Shown here: one piece after another, positions 8,459-17,077 of the stretch
Layout: each line of letters starts with the position of its first letter
Numbering within the stretch: position 1 is the first letter of the stretch
Source of the DNA: an uncultured Solirubrobacterales bacterium
Lineage (GTDB): Bacteria; Actinomycetota; Thermoleophilia; Solirubrobacterales; Solirubrobacteraceae
Direction of reading: 5' to 3'
NCBI GenBank assembly: GCA_963799745.1
Contig: CAWCYH010000006.1
Location: 68,047-132,046 of the forward strand
DNA length: 64,000 nt
Position numbers and translations under genes: made by a program
The notes under the pieces: generated by a model
What the model was told of the DNA's origin: nothing
What the model saw: only the letters and a program-made list of their open reading frames with translations
The model's database searches: none

Positions 8459-9142
8459 GTGCGTCTGATCGTCGTCCGCTGCTCGGTTCGCTATTCCGGC
8501 CGCCTGACCGCCGTGCTCCCCGAGGCGCTGCGGCTGATCATCGTCAAGGCCGACGGTTCGGTCCTCGTCCATGCCGATGCGGGCGGCTATAAGCCGCTGA
8601 ACTGGATGACGCCCCCGACCGTGATCGAGGAGTCAGACCAGCTGATCGTGGTCCGCAAGCGGGGCGGAAAATCCGAGGATCGGCTCGAGATCGCGATCTC
8701 CGCGACGCTCTCCGATGTCAGCCACGACATGGGCTCGCCCGATGCGGAGATGGCGCTGGCCAAGGACGGCGTCGAGGGGCACCTCCAGGAGCTGCTCGCC
8801 GGCCAGCCACAGTGGTGCGGCGAAGGGTTCCGGCTGGTCCGGCGCGAGTGGCCGACGGACATCGGGCCGGTCGACCTGATGTGCCGCGATCTCGAGGACC
8901 ACTGGGTGGCGGTCGAGATTAAGCGCGTCGCCGGGATCGAAGCGGTCGAGCAGCTCACGCGCTACCTGGAGCGGATCCGGCTCGACCCGGCGCTGCAGAG
9001 CTGCCGCGGCGTGCTGGCGGCGCAGACGATCAAGCCGCAGGCGCGCGTGCTGGCCGGCGCGCGCGGGATCGACTGCGTCGAGGTCGACCTCGAGGTGCTC
9101 CGCGGCAAGCGCGAGCCCGACCTGAAATTGTTTGCGGCATGA
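8459..9142 (+). CDS. nucS: Endonuclease NucS (EndoMS, mismatch-specific)
   Basis: MRLIVVRCSVRYSGRLTAVLPEALRLIIVKADGSVLVHADAGGYKPLNWM and IGPVDLMCRDLEDHWVAVEIKRV (PD-(D/E)xK core) are typical of NucS. It lies 34 bp from, and divergent to, the GroES-like gene. Confidence 0.9.
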   Translation: MRLIVVRCSVRYSGRLTAVLPEALRLIIVKADGSVLVHADAGGYKPLNWMTPPTVIEESDQLIVVRKRGGKSEDRLEIAISATLSDVSHDMGSPDAEMALAKDGVEGHLQELLAGQPQWCGEGFRLVRREWPTDIGPVDLMCRDLEDHWVAVEIKRVAGIEAVEQLTRYLERIRLDPALQSCRGVLAAQTIKPQARVLAGARGIDCVEVDLEVLRGKREPDLKLFAA

Positions 9143-9909
9143 ACGACCAGCCACCCGTCATCACCGAGCGCCGCGAGCGCATCCTCCTGATCACGATCAA
9201 CCGGCCCGACCAGCGAAATGCGGTCAATGCCGCGGCGGCGCACGGGATCGCCGACGCGCTGGATGTGCTGGACGCCGATGCGGGACTGTCGGTCGGCGTG
9301 CTGACCGGCGCCGGCAAGGGCTTCTCCGCCGGCATGGATCTGAAGGCGTTCGTTACCGGCGAGCGGCCGTGGGCAGGCGATCGTGGCGCTTTCGGGATCG
9401 TCGAACGGTCGGCCGACAAGCCGCTGATCGCCGCGATCGAAGGGTTCGCCGTGGCAGGAGGGCTCGAGATCGCGCTGGCCTGCGATCTGATCGTTGCAGC
9501 CCGCGGCGCGAAGCTCGGGATCCCCGAGGTCAAGCGTTCGCTGGTCGCGGCGGGCGGAGCGCTGCTGCGGCTCCCGCGGGTGCTTCCGCGGACGATCGCG
9601 ATGGAGCTGGCCCTGACCGGCGATCCGATCGAGGCCGAGCGCGCCTACGAGCTGGGACTGGTCAACCGGCTGGCCGCGCCGGGCGAGACAGTTACCGCCG
9701 CGCTTCAGTTGGCGGAGGCGATCGCGGCCAACGGACCGCTGGCACTCGCGGCTTCCAAGCGCATCCTGATCGAGGCGGTTGACTGGCCCGACTCGGACTT
9801 CTTCGCCCGCCAGGGAGATATCGCCGGCCCGGTGATGGCCTCCGAGGACGCCCAGGAGGGCGCCAAGGCATTCGCCGAGAAGCGGGCGCCGGTCTGGCAG
9901 GGGCGCTGA
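9139..9909 (+). CDS. Enoyl-CoA hydratase/isomerase (crotonase) family protein
   Basis: ILLITINRPDQRNAVN, GKGFSAGMDLK, PLIAAIEGFAVAGGLEIALACDLIVAA and EDAQEGAKAFAEKRAPVW. Its start overlaps the nucS stop (ATGA). Confidence 0.9.
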   Translation: MNDQPPVITERRERILLITINRPDQRNAVNAAAAHGIADALDVLDADAGLSVGVLTGAGKGFSAGMDLKAFVTGERPWAGDRGAFGIVERSADKPLIAAIEGFAVAGGLEIALACDLIVAARGAKLGIPEVKRSLVAAGGALLRLPRVLPRTIAMELALTGDPIEAERAYELGLVNRLAAPGETVTAALQLAEAIAANGPLALAASKRILIEAVDWPDSDFFARQGDIAGPVMASEDAQEGAKAFAEKRAPVWQGR

Positions 9910-9930
9910 GGGCGCCGGCCCTGAGGGCCC

Positions 9931-10026
9931 GGAGCGCAGCGCACGGGCGCGGTGGACTTGGCGGAGCGCAGCGCGCGGGCGCGGTGGACTTGGCGGAGCG
10001 CAGCGCACGGGCGCGGCGAACTTGGC
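9931..10026. repeat. 3 x 32-bp intergenic tandem repeat flanked by 9-bp inverted repeats
   Basis: Unit ggagcgcagcgc(a/g)cgggcgcgg(tg/cg)(g/a)acttggc at 9931, 9963 and 9995. CTGAGGGCC (9921-9929) and GGCCCTCAG (10027-10035) flank the array. Confidence 0.9.
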
Positions 10027-10031
10027 GGCCC

Positions 10032-10463
10032 TCAGCTCTCCGCGCCGGCCCCCCAGGCGGTCGCCACCACCGACCGCGCCCCGCCCCGGTCGCGGTGCTC
10101 GCACAGGTAGATCCCCTGCCAGGTTCCGAGCGCCAGCCGGCCTCGCGACACCGGCAGCGTCAGCGAGGGACCGAGCAGCGCCGCCTTGACGTGCGCGGGC
10201 ATGTCGTCGTCTCCTTCGAGCGTGTGGGTCCAGTACGACGCGCGTGCGGGCACCGCCTGGTCGAACCACGTCTCGAAGTCGCGACGGACGTCGGGCGACG
10301 CGTTCTCATTCAGAGCCAGCGATGCGGAGGTGTGACGGATCAGCAGGTTCACCAGCCCGACCTCGATCTCCTCGAGCTCCGGCAGCGCCGCGAGCACCTC
10401 CCGGGTCACCAGGTGGAAGCCCCGCCGTCTCGGCTCCAGCCGAATCTCGCGCTGGACCCACAT
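10032..10463 (-). CDS. yjbQ: YjbQ/UPF0047 family protein (secondary thiamine-phosphate synthase-like)
   Basis: FHLVTREV, LLIRHTSASLALNENASPDVRRD, DDMPAHVKAALLGPSLTLPV and LALGTWQGIYLCEHR are the canonical UPF0047 motifs. Confidence 0.9.
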   Translation of the reverse strand: MWVQREIRLEPRRRGFHLVTREVLAALPELEEIEVGLVNLLIRHTSASLALNENASPDVRRDFETWFDQAVPARASYWTHTLEGDDDMPAHVKAALLGPSLTLPVSRGRLALGTWQGIYLCEHRDRGGARSVVATAWGAGAES

Positions 10464-10741
10464 CAGAACGCGATCGGCAGCCGGGCGACGCGCATGTCGA
10501 CCCGGGCGCCGCGGAACGGCACCCCCTCGGCTTCGAGCAGCGCCCGCTGATTCGAGCCCTTCGCGAGCGATCCATCGGCGCGCACGATCCGGTGCCAGGG
10601 GACCGTCCGATCGCTACAGCCGTGGAGTACCGCGCCGGCGATCCGCGGCGCTCCCGGCGACACGTCCCCGTAGGTACGCACGAATCCAGACGGGGTGTCG
10701 CGCACTCGGCTCAGGATCTCGGCGGCACGCTCGCGCGACAC
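10463..10741 (-). CDS. atl: Alkyltransferase-like (ATL) protein: MGMT DNA-binding domain with Trp replacing the acceptor Cys
   Basis: VRTYGDVS, GAPRIAGAVL and TVPWHRIVRADGSL: the PCHR active-site motif reads PWHR. The stop overlaps the yjbQ start (TGATG). Start set at GTG 10741 because the longer ORF (to 10885) would run antisense through the riboswitch; the start is uncertain. Confidence 0.7.
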   Translation of the reverse strand: MSRERAAEILSRVRDTPSGFVRTYGDVSPGAPRIAGAVLHGCSDRTVPWHRIVRADGSLAKGSNQRALLEAEGVPFRGARVDMRVARLPIAF

Positions 10742-10792
10742 GCCACGGAGGATAAGAGCGCCCGGCAAACCACGCACACCCGGTCCTGATAG

Positions 10793-10925
10793 GCTGCGCC
10801 TCGCCGAATTCCCCGCCGCGTGCGGGGAAGCGGGGGACCCAAGTCTCCCCGGGGCGAATCGCGGTCTGGTGACCGCGTAGCGCAACCTCAGCGCGAGCCC
10901 GACAGCTAACCCCGTAGGCGCCCGC
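10793..10925 (+). promoter_or_regulatory. ydaO/yuaA-type (cyclic-di-AMP) riboswitch
   Basis: Conserved blocks appear in the canonical order: CGCCGAAUUC, GCGGGGGACCCAAG, CCGGGGCGAAUC and GCCCGACAGCUAACCCCGUAGGCGCC. The B. subtilis ydaO leader has GCGGGGGACCCAAU, GGGGUGAAUC and CCCGUCAGCUAACCUCGUAAGCG. The element ends 2 nt before the ATG of a cell-wall hydrolase gene, the classic actinobacterial context. Confidence 0.8.
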
Positions 10926-10926
10926 G

Positions 10927-12105
10927 ATGACCATCGGCCGGCGTACCCGCACTGCTTCCACTCGGCTTCGGCTAGCCACCGCCGCTGCGCTGAGCACCCT
11001 GATCGTGGCCGCTTTGGTGGCGTCGAGCGGCTCCCCTGAACCGGCCCGCGCCGCCAGCATCAGCCAGCTCAACTCGCAGCTGAGCCAGGAGCAGAGCCGC
11101 CAGCAAAGCCTGGCCGCGAGCCTTAACCGGCTCGGACAGGCGATTGGCTCGCTCGACTCGCAGATCGTGCTCGTGGAGTCGCGCGAGGCGGCGGTGCGGC
11201 ACGACCTTGCCAATGACCGCGTGGAGCTCGCCAAGGACCAGATCGCCCTGGCCCGCGAGCGGCGGATCGTCGCCGAGGTCAGGGCGTTGCTCGCGCGCGC
11301 GCGAGTGATCCTTGCCAAGCAGCTCGTCAGCAGCTACGAGGGCGACCGTCCGGACCTCATCTCGGTCGTGCTCGACGCCCACGGATTCAGCGACCTGCTC
11401 GATCAGCTCAACTACCTCAACGGCGCCGAGCAGGAACAGAAGTCGACGGTCATCGCCACCAAGCAGGCCAAGGAGCAAGCCGACGGCGCCGAGCGTAGGC
11501 TGGCGAAGCTCGAGGCGGCCGCGCTCGAGGTCACCCAGGCCGCGGAGATCAGAGAGCGGGCGCTCGCGGGCATGAACACGCTGCTTCACGCAAAGCAGGC
11601 CGCGCTCGCCCGTGCCCGCGCCGCGCAGCAGTCGGCGCTGGCCGCGAGTCGAGCGAGAGCTGGTCGGCTCAGGTCGGAAATTGCAAGGATCCAGGCAGCA
11701 CAGGCAGCCGCCGCCCAACGGGCTGCTGCGGCGGCGGCTGCTGCTGCTGCTTCCGCATCCGCCCCGGCCGCCGGTGGCGGCGGTGGTGGCGGCGGCGGCG
11801 GTGGTGGCGGCGGCGCTTTGAGCACCGGAGCTCCGGTGGGCCCCACGCTCGGACCGTCCGGCGGCTGGGCGATCCCCTACGCGATCGTGCTGTGCGAATC
11901 CGGCGGCCAGGACCTGCCCCCCAACAGCGCCGGCGCCTCCGGCTACTACCAGATCCTGCCGAGTACCTGGAAGCTGTTCGGCGGGACCGGGCCCGCGGCG
12001 TATCTCGCGAGCAAGGGCGAGCAGGACGCGGTCGCCTCTCGGATCTGGAACGGCGGCGCCGGCGCCTCCAACTGGGTCTGCGCCGGGATCGTCGGAATTC
12101 ACTGA
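10927..12105 (+). CDS. Secreted coiled-coil protein with a C-terminal transglycosylase-like (Rpf/SLT-like) domain
   Basis: Signal peptide (LATAAALSTLIVAALVASSGSPEPARA), a long heptad-like Q/A/L/E/R region, an Ala run and a Gly14 run. C-terminus reads WAIPYAIVLCESGGQDLPPNSAGASGYYQILPSTWKLFGG and NWVCAG. Confidence 0.85.
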   Translation: MTIGRRTRTASTRLRLATAAALSTLIVAALVASSGSPEPARAASISQLNSQLSQEQSRQQSLAASLNRLGQAIGSLDSQIVLVESREAAVRHDLANDRVELAKDQIALARERRIVAEVRALLARARVILAKQLVSSYEGDRPDLISVVLDAHGFSDLLDQLNYLNGAEQEQKSTVIATKQAKEQADGAERRLAKLEAAALEVTQAAEIRERALAGMNTLLHAKQAALARARAAQQSALAASRARAGRLRSEIARIQAAQAAAAQRAAAAAAAAAASASAPAAGGGGGGGGGGGGGGALSTGAPVGPTLGPSGGWAIPYAIVLCESGGQDLPPNSAGASGYYQILPSTWKLFGGTGPAAYLASKGEQDAVASRIWNGGAGASNWVCAGIVGIH

Positions 12106-12116
12106 CTTCCCCCCCA

Positions 12117-12153
12117 CCCAGCGGGCGGACCATGGAACGGTTCGCCCGCTGGG
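12117..12153 (+). terminator. Hairpin downstream of the transglycosylase gene
   Basis: CCCAGCGGGCG (12117-12127) pairs with CGCCCGCTGGG (12143-12153), an 11-bp stem with a 15-nt loop. No clear T-tract. Confidence 0.45.
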
Positions 12154-12266
12154 CCCCCGCCCGAATGCCGCCGGGAGCGCCGGCTCGGCGCGAAGGCCCC
12201 ACGTTCTGGCCACCTCGAAGCCGATCAGCCGGTGGGTCCCACCTGTGATTCCCTTCTCCCGAGAGA

Positions 12267-13547
12267 GTGACGCATCGAACTGCCATCGCCGGGGTCTTGC
12301 TGCTTGCCGCGCTCGCAATCCGGATCGCAGAGGTGCAGCGCACCAGCTACCGCCCGCGCAACGACGCCGCCTTCTACCTGAGGCTGGCCGCCGAGATCGC
12401 CCACACCGGCGACTACTCCTCGCACGACCGGGGCGCCGGTAATTCTCGCGGCCCGAGCGCGTACTTCCCGCCGGCTTATCCCTACTTCCTCGCGGCCGTC
12501 GACGTGCTCGACGGCTATCGCACGCCCCGCGGGCGCGCCGTCCAGCCGGCCCGGATCGCCAACGCCCTGCTGGGGACGGCCACGGTCGCGCTGGTCGGGC
12601 TGGTCGCGCTCGAGGCGTTCGGCCCCACGGTCGGGCTCATCGCGCTCGGACTGGCCGCCATCTACCCGGCGTTCATCGAGCTCTCGGCGGTGCTCGTGGC
12701 CGAGAACCTGTTGACGGCGCTGGTGCTGGCGGCGACGTATGCCGCCCTGCGCGCCGGCTACGGCCCGCACCCGTACGCGTGGATCGCCGCCGCCGGGGTG
12801 CTCACCGGGCTCGCCGCGCTGGCCCACGAAAACGGCCTCGTGCTGGCGATCCCGCTCGCGATCGCGTCCTGGCGCGCGACCAACCGGACGTTGATCGCGC
12901 CCGTCGTGCTCGTGGCCAGCGCGCTGCTCACCGCCGTGCCGTGGGTGATCCGCGACGCGACCGACCTGCACACCTTCGTCCCCATCTCCGACCAGGGCGG
13001 GATCACCCTCGCCGGGACCTACAACTCCGTCTCCGCCGCCGATCACCTGATCCCCTACCGGTGGCGGTTGTACCTGCCCGAGCCACATCCCAGCCGGCTC
13101 GCAGAGCCGGCATTAAGCAGTGATCAGCTCAGTGACGCGCTCGACTACATCGGCGCCCACCCGCAGGCGCCGCTGGACGTCGGCTACCACAACCTCCGCC
13201 GGCTGCTCGAGCTCGAGGGCTCGTTCGCCTGGGAGGCGTCGACCGCCTCGATCGGCCTCGACCGCGGGACCGCCACGGTCGGGGTGATCGGGTTCTGGAT
13301 CCTGTGCCTGCTGGCGCTGGCGGGCGCGTTCACGCGGGTCGTACGCCGGGCCCCCGGGTGGCTGTGGCTGACCCCGGTGCTGCTCGCGCTGAGCGTCGTG
13401 CTGGTCAACGCCGAGACGCCGCGATTCCGCGAGCCGGTCGACGCGTTTCTGCTGCTTCCGGCAGCCTGCGCGGTGGCGACGCTGGCGCCCGGGCTACGCC
13501 GTGCGCCAGTCCGCCGTGTACGTCGGTCGCCACTGCCGGCTCGATGA
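12267..13547 (+). CDS. GT39/ArnT-like (PMT_2) membrane glycosyltransferase
   Basis: 426 aa with more than 9 hydrophobic helices. N-terminal signature RNDAAFYLRLAAEIAHTGDYS, YFPPAYPYFLA is typical of dolichyl/undecaprenyl-phosphate-sugar dependent transferases. Confidence 0.75.
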   Translation: MTHRTAIAGVLLLAALAIRIAEVQRTSYRPRNDAAFYLRLAAEIAHTGDYSSHDRGAGNSRGPSAYFPPAYPYFLAAVDVLDGYRTPRGRAVQPARIANALLGTATVALVGLVALEAFGPTVGLIALGLAAIYPAFIELSAVLVAENLLTALVLAATYAALRAGYGPHPYAWIAAAGVLTGLAALAHENGLVLAIPLAIASWRATNRTLIAPVVLVASALLTAVPWVIRDATDLHTFVPISDQGGITLAGTYNSVSAADHLIPYRWRLYLPEPHPSRLAEPALSSDQLSDALDYIGAHPQAPLDVGYHNLRRLLELEGSFAWEASTASIGLDRGTATVGVIGFWILCLLALAGAFTRVVRRAPGWLWLTPVLLALSVVLVNAETPRFREPVDAFLLLPAACAVATLAPGLRRAPVRRVRRSPLPAR

Positions 13548-14513
13548 GCTCAGCCGGTCGAAATGCGCCAGCGCCTCGCCTGAGCCAACGGCCACGCAGG
13601 TCAGCGGCGACTCGGCCGGGTAGACCGGCATCCCCGTCTCAGCGGCGACCAGGTCGGCGAAGCCGCGGATCAGGATGCCGCCGCCCGCCAGCAGGATCCC
13701 ATCGCGGGCGATATCGCTGGCGAGCTCGGGCGGGGTCTGCTCGAGCGTGTCGCGGATCGCCCGGAGGATCTCCTGGAGTGGCAGTCTGATCGCCTCGCGG
13801 ACTTCCTCGGTGCGGAGCTGGATCGCCGTCGGCAGCCCGGTGATCAGATGGCGTCCGCGCACCTCGATCGTCTCCTCCTCGGCGAGCGGAATTGCCGAGG
13901 CGGCGGTGATCTTGATCATCTCGGCGGTCCGCGAACCGATCGCCAGCTGGTAGACGGCGCGCAGGTAGTGGGCGATCGCGTCGTCCATCTCGTAGCCGCC
14001 GACCCGGACCGAACTCGAGATCACGATCCCGCCGAGCGAGATCACCGCCATCTCGCTGGTGCCGCCGCCGACGTCCACGACCATCCGCCCGCACGGCTCC
14101 TCAATCGCGATGCCGGCGCCGATCGCGGCCGCGATCGGCTCCTCGATCAGGTGCACGCGCCGAGCCCCGGCGCCGAGCGATGCCTCCTCGACCGCGCGCT
14201 TCTCCACCTCGGTCACTCCCGAAGGGGCGCACACGATCAGCCGCGGGTGCGCCATCCGCCGGTGCAGGACCTTGCGGATGAAGTAGCGCAGCATCTGCTC
14301 CGTGACCTCGAAGTCCGCGATCACGCCGTGTCTCAGCGGCCGGGTCGCCGAGATCGTGGCCGGCGTGCGGCCGATCATCCGCTCGGCGTCGGCGCCGACC
14401 GCGTGAACCTCCCCGGTTCCCACGTCGGAGGCCACCACCGAGGGCTCGGACACGACGATGCCGCGCCCGCCCACGTACACGAGCGTGTTCGCGGTCCCCA
14501 GGTCGATCGCCAT
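13494..14513 (-). CDS. mreB: Rod-shape-determining actin homologue MreB
   Basis: MAIDLGTANTLVYV, IVCAPSGVTEVEKRAVEEA, MVVDVGGGTSEMAVISLGGIV, GGYEMDDAI and GILLAGGGILIRG. Confidence 0.92.
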   Translation of the reverse strand: MAIDLGTANTLVYVGGRGIVVSEPSVVASDVGTGEVHAVGADAERMIGRTPATISATRPLRHGVIADFEVTEQMLRYFIRKVLHRRMAHPRLIVCAPSGVTEVEKRAVEEASLGAGARRVHLIEEPIAAAIGAGIAIEEPCGRMVVDVGGGTSEMAVISLGGIVISSSVRVGGYEMDDAIAHYLRAVYQLAIGSRTAEMIKITAASAIPLAEEETIEVRGRHLITGLPTAIQLRTEEVREAIRLPLQEILRAIRDTLEQTPPELASDIARDGILLAGGGILIRGFADLVAAETGMPVYPAESPLTCVAVGSGEALAHFDRLSSSSRQWRPTYTADWRTA

Positions 14514-14808
14514 GTCGTGGACGCCGACGGCGGGGGCCAGGTGGCGACGGGAAGTGTCGCGGCGTGATCCGTCTCTACGTAACCGGATGGACGAAGGGTG
14601 TCAGAACCGGACCGCGAGCGTCCGGAGCGGGTCGAAATCGGGTCCGAACTCCGACCCTGCCCCCGCGCCAATCGGGGTCGTTTTGGGGGAGGGGGGGTTT
14701 GGCTCGGGCGGGGCGGCCGGCTCGGGGCTTCGCCCGGGCGCCACATCGCCGGGCCTCGTTACGGGCCTACAGAACGGAATACTTTGTTCCGATGCTAAGG
14801 TCTCGTCG

Positions 14809-15438
14809 GTGTCCGACGCGCCGTCGCCCCTGTCCGGCCGCCGCGCCCAGGCGGCCCGCAACGATCAGCTGATCCTCGAGTCGGCCCGCACGGTGTTCCT
14901 CGCCGATCCCGGGGCGCCGATCAGCGAGGTCGCCAAGCACGCCGGCGTGGGCATCAGCGCCCTCTACTCGCGCTACGCCAGCAAGGAGGTGTTGCTGCGC
15001 AAGCTCTGCCGCGACGGGCTTCAGCGGTTCGTCGACGAGACCGAGGCAGCCCTCGGCGACGAGCGCGAGCCATGGACTGTGTTCAGGGACTACATGGAGC
15101 GCCTCGTCGCGGCCGACACCAGCTCGCTGACGCTCGCGCTCGCCGGCCGGTTCACCCCGACCGAGGAGATGTTCGCGCTGGCCGAGCGCGCGAACCGGCT
15201 CAGCACGCGCCTGTTCCGGCGGATCAAGGGTGTCCTGCGAGCGGGGATCGAGGTCCACGATCTGTCGCTGGTGTTCGAGCTGATCGCCGCGATCAAGCTC
15301 TCAGACCGGGGTCGGACCGAGCTGCTGCGCCAGCGCTACCTGGGGGTGGTGCTCGATGGGCTGCGGGCGCAAGACGGCGACCGGTTGCCCGGGCCGGGGC
15401 CGCGGTGGGAGGAGATCAACGAGCGCTGGGCGGGGTAG
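14809..15438 (+). CDS. TetR family transcriptional regulator
   Basis: HTH region ILESARTVFLADPGAPISEVAKHAGVGISALYSRYASKEVLLRKL. GTG 14809 chosen as start. An AT-richer segment with CGGAA-N7-TTCCG lies just upstream (14774-14792). Confidence 0.85.
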   Translation: MSDAPSPLSGRRAQAARNDQLILESARTVFLADPGAPISEVAKHAGVGISALYSRYASKEVLLRKLCRDGLQRFVDETEAALGDEREPWTVFRDYMERLVAADTSSLTLALAGRFTPTEEMFALAERANRLSTRLFRRIKGVLRAGIEVHDLSLVFELIAAIKLSDRGRTELLRQRYLGVVLDGLRAQDGDRLPGPGPRWEEINERWAG

Positions 15439-17062
15439 CGCGCCGCAGGATCACTTCGACCGGTCGAGTGTTGAGGACGTCGGCGGCGCTCGCCCAGCCG
15501 CGGCGCGCGGTCGCGACCGAGAGTCCCATGTTCCCGAGTCCACGAACCGAGTGCGCATCGGTTGAGCAGACGATCTGTACGCCGGCTTCGAGCGCGGCGC
15601 GGACGTGCTCGCCGCTGAGGTCGAGGCGGTCGGGGAGGCCGTTGACCTCGAGCGCGACGCCCTCCTCGAGCGCCACCTCGAATGTGCGCTCCAGGTCCAG
15701 CGCGTTCTCCGGACGGCGGTTGATGTACCGGCCCTTGGGATGGCTGAGGCAACGCACGTAGGGGTTGCGCAGTGCCGACTCGACGCGCTCGGTCAGCTCA
15801 CGCCGCGGCATCCGCTGGCCGCCGTGAACGCTTGCCTGTACCCAGTCGAGCTCCGCGAGGACCTCGTCGGGAAGGTCGAGCCGCCCGTCGGTGAGGATGT
15901 CGCACTCGATCCCGCGCAGGACGCGAAACGGCGCCAGCCGTTCGTTGACTGCCGCGATCTCCTCGCCCTGGCGTCGAACGTCGTCGGCTGTCAGGCCCCG
16001 GACGGCTCCCACCGCGGGCGTGTGATCGCAGATCGCCAGATACTCGTAGCCGCGCGCCAGGGCGGCGCGGGCCATCTCCTCGACGCTCGCCCGACCGTCG
16101 GAGCGCGTCGTGTGGCAGTGCAAGTCGCCCCGGATCTCTCCCGGCTCCACGAGCGCCGGCGGCTCGCCCCGGAACGGCTGCTCGCGCAGCTCGGGCGGAC
16201 ACCAGGGCAGTCCCAACGCCGTGTAGAGCGCCGGCTCATCGCGCGCGTCGGGCAGCGGCTCGAGTGCCGCGACGTACCCGGGCGAGCCAGTCGCCCGCGC
16301 GAGCGCGGTCCCGAGTCGCCGCGGCTCGGCGGCGACGAGCTCGACCGGGACGCCCTCGACGGTTACGCCCACCGCCCGCCGCTCCCCCTGCTCGAGCACC
16401 GCGACGATCTGAGGCAGCGCGGCGAACCGCGCGAGCACCGGCTGGGGATCGGGGACGGCGCAAACGACCGCCAGCCGCTCGCACGAGTCGCGCCACCGGC
16501 GCGGGTCTCCCGCCACCTCGCCGCCGAGCGCCGCTGCGATGGCTCCGACGAGCTCCCAGGCGCGGTTGAGCAGAAGCGCTTGCCGCGGGCGCGGCTCGGC
16601 CTCGTGGGCGAGCGCCTCGAGCAGCCGCGCCTCAGTTCTCGGGCCGATCCCCGGAACGTTCTGCAGCTGCCCCGCGGCCGCCGCCTCGCGAAGCTCCTCC
16701 GCGGTGCGGACCCCGAGCGAGCGCGCGAGCTCGATCGAGCGCTTGGCGCCAAGCCCGAGGTACCGGCCGAGGCCGACGAGATCGGGGGCGAGCTCGCGCT
16801 CGAGCTCGGTCAGCTCGGCGATCTCGCCGGTCTCGACGAGTTCTCGCAGCCGTGCCTCGATTCCCGGGCCGATCCCGCGCAGCTCGCGCACCCGCCCTGA
16901 TCGCACCAGCTCGTCGACGGCGAGCGCTGCGCTGCGGATCGTTTCGGCGGCGCGGCGGTAGGCGCGAGCCTGATACGGGTTCGCCTCGACGAGCTCGAGC
17001 AATAACGCGAACGCGTCCAGGCGATCGGCGATCTCGGCGTTGTCCACTGGCGATAGTTTCAT
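15416..17062 (-). CDS. polX: Family X DNA polymerase with C-terminal PHP phosphoesterase domain (PolX)
   Basis: Start MKLSPVDNAEIADRLDAFALLLELVEANPYQARAYRRAAETI, HhH motifs (LRGIGPGIEARL, VPGIGPRTEARL) and a PHP domain (GDLHCHTTRSDGRASVEEMA, YEYLAICDHT, QASVHG, LSHP, CSTDAHS). The upstream part of the 718-aa ORF is Arg/Pro-rich and unlikely to be coding. Confidence 0.9.
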   Translation of the reverse strand: MKLSPVDNAEIADRLDAFALLLELVEANPYQARAYRRAAETIRSAALAVDELVRSGRVRELRGIGPGIEARLRELVETGEIAELTELERELAPDLVGLGRYLGLGAKRSIELARSLGVRTAEELREAAAAGQLQNVPGIGPRTEARLLEALAHEAEPRPRQALLLNRAWELVGAIAAALGGEVAGDPRRWRDSCERLAVVCAVPDPQPVLARFAALPQIVAVLEQGERRAVGVTVEGVPVELVAAEPRRLGTALARATGSPGYVAALEPLPDARDEPALYTALGLPWCPPELREQPFRGEPPALVEPGEIRGDLHCHTTRSDGRASVEEMARAALARGYEYLAICDHTPAVGAVRGLTADDVRRQGEEIAAVNERLAPFRVLRGIECDILTDGRLDLPDEVLAELDWVQASVHGGQRMPRRELTERVESALRNPYVRCLSHPKGRYINRRPENALDLERTFEVALEEGVALEVNGLPDRLDLSGEHVRAALEAGVQIVCSTDAHSVRGLGNMGLSVATARRGWASAADVLNTRPVEVILRRATPPSAR

Positions 17063-17077
17063 CAATCGGCGTATCGT

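Noticed and set aside
14685-14713. G-quadruplex-like run (G5-A-G7-N8-G3-C-G4) between mreB and the TetR gene.
   Set aside because: G-runs of this kind are expected frequently at this G+C content, and there is no second line of evidence for function.
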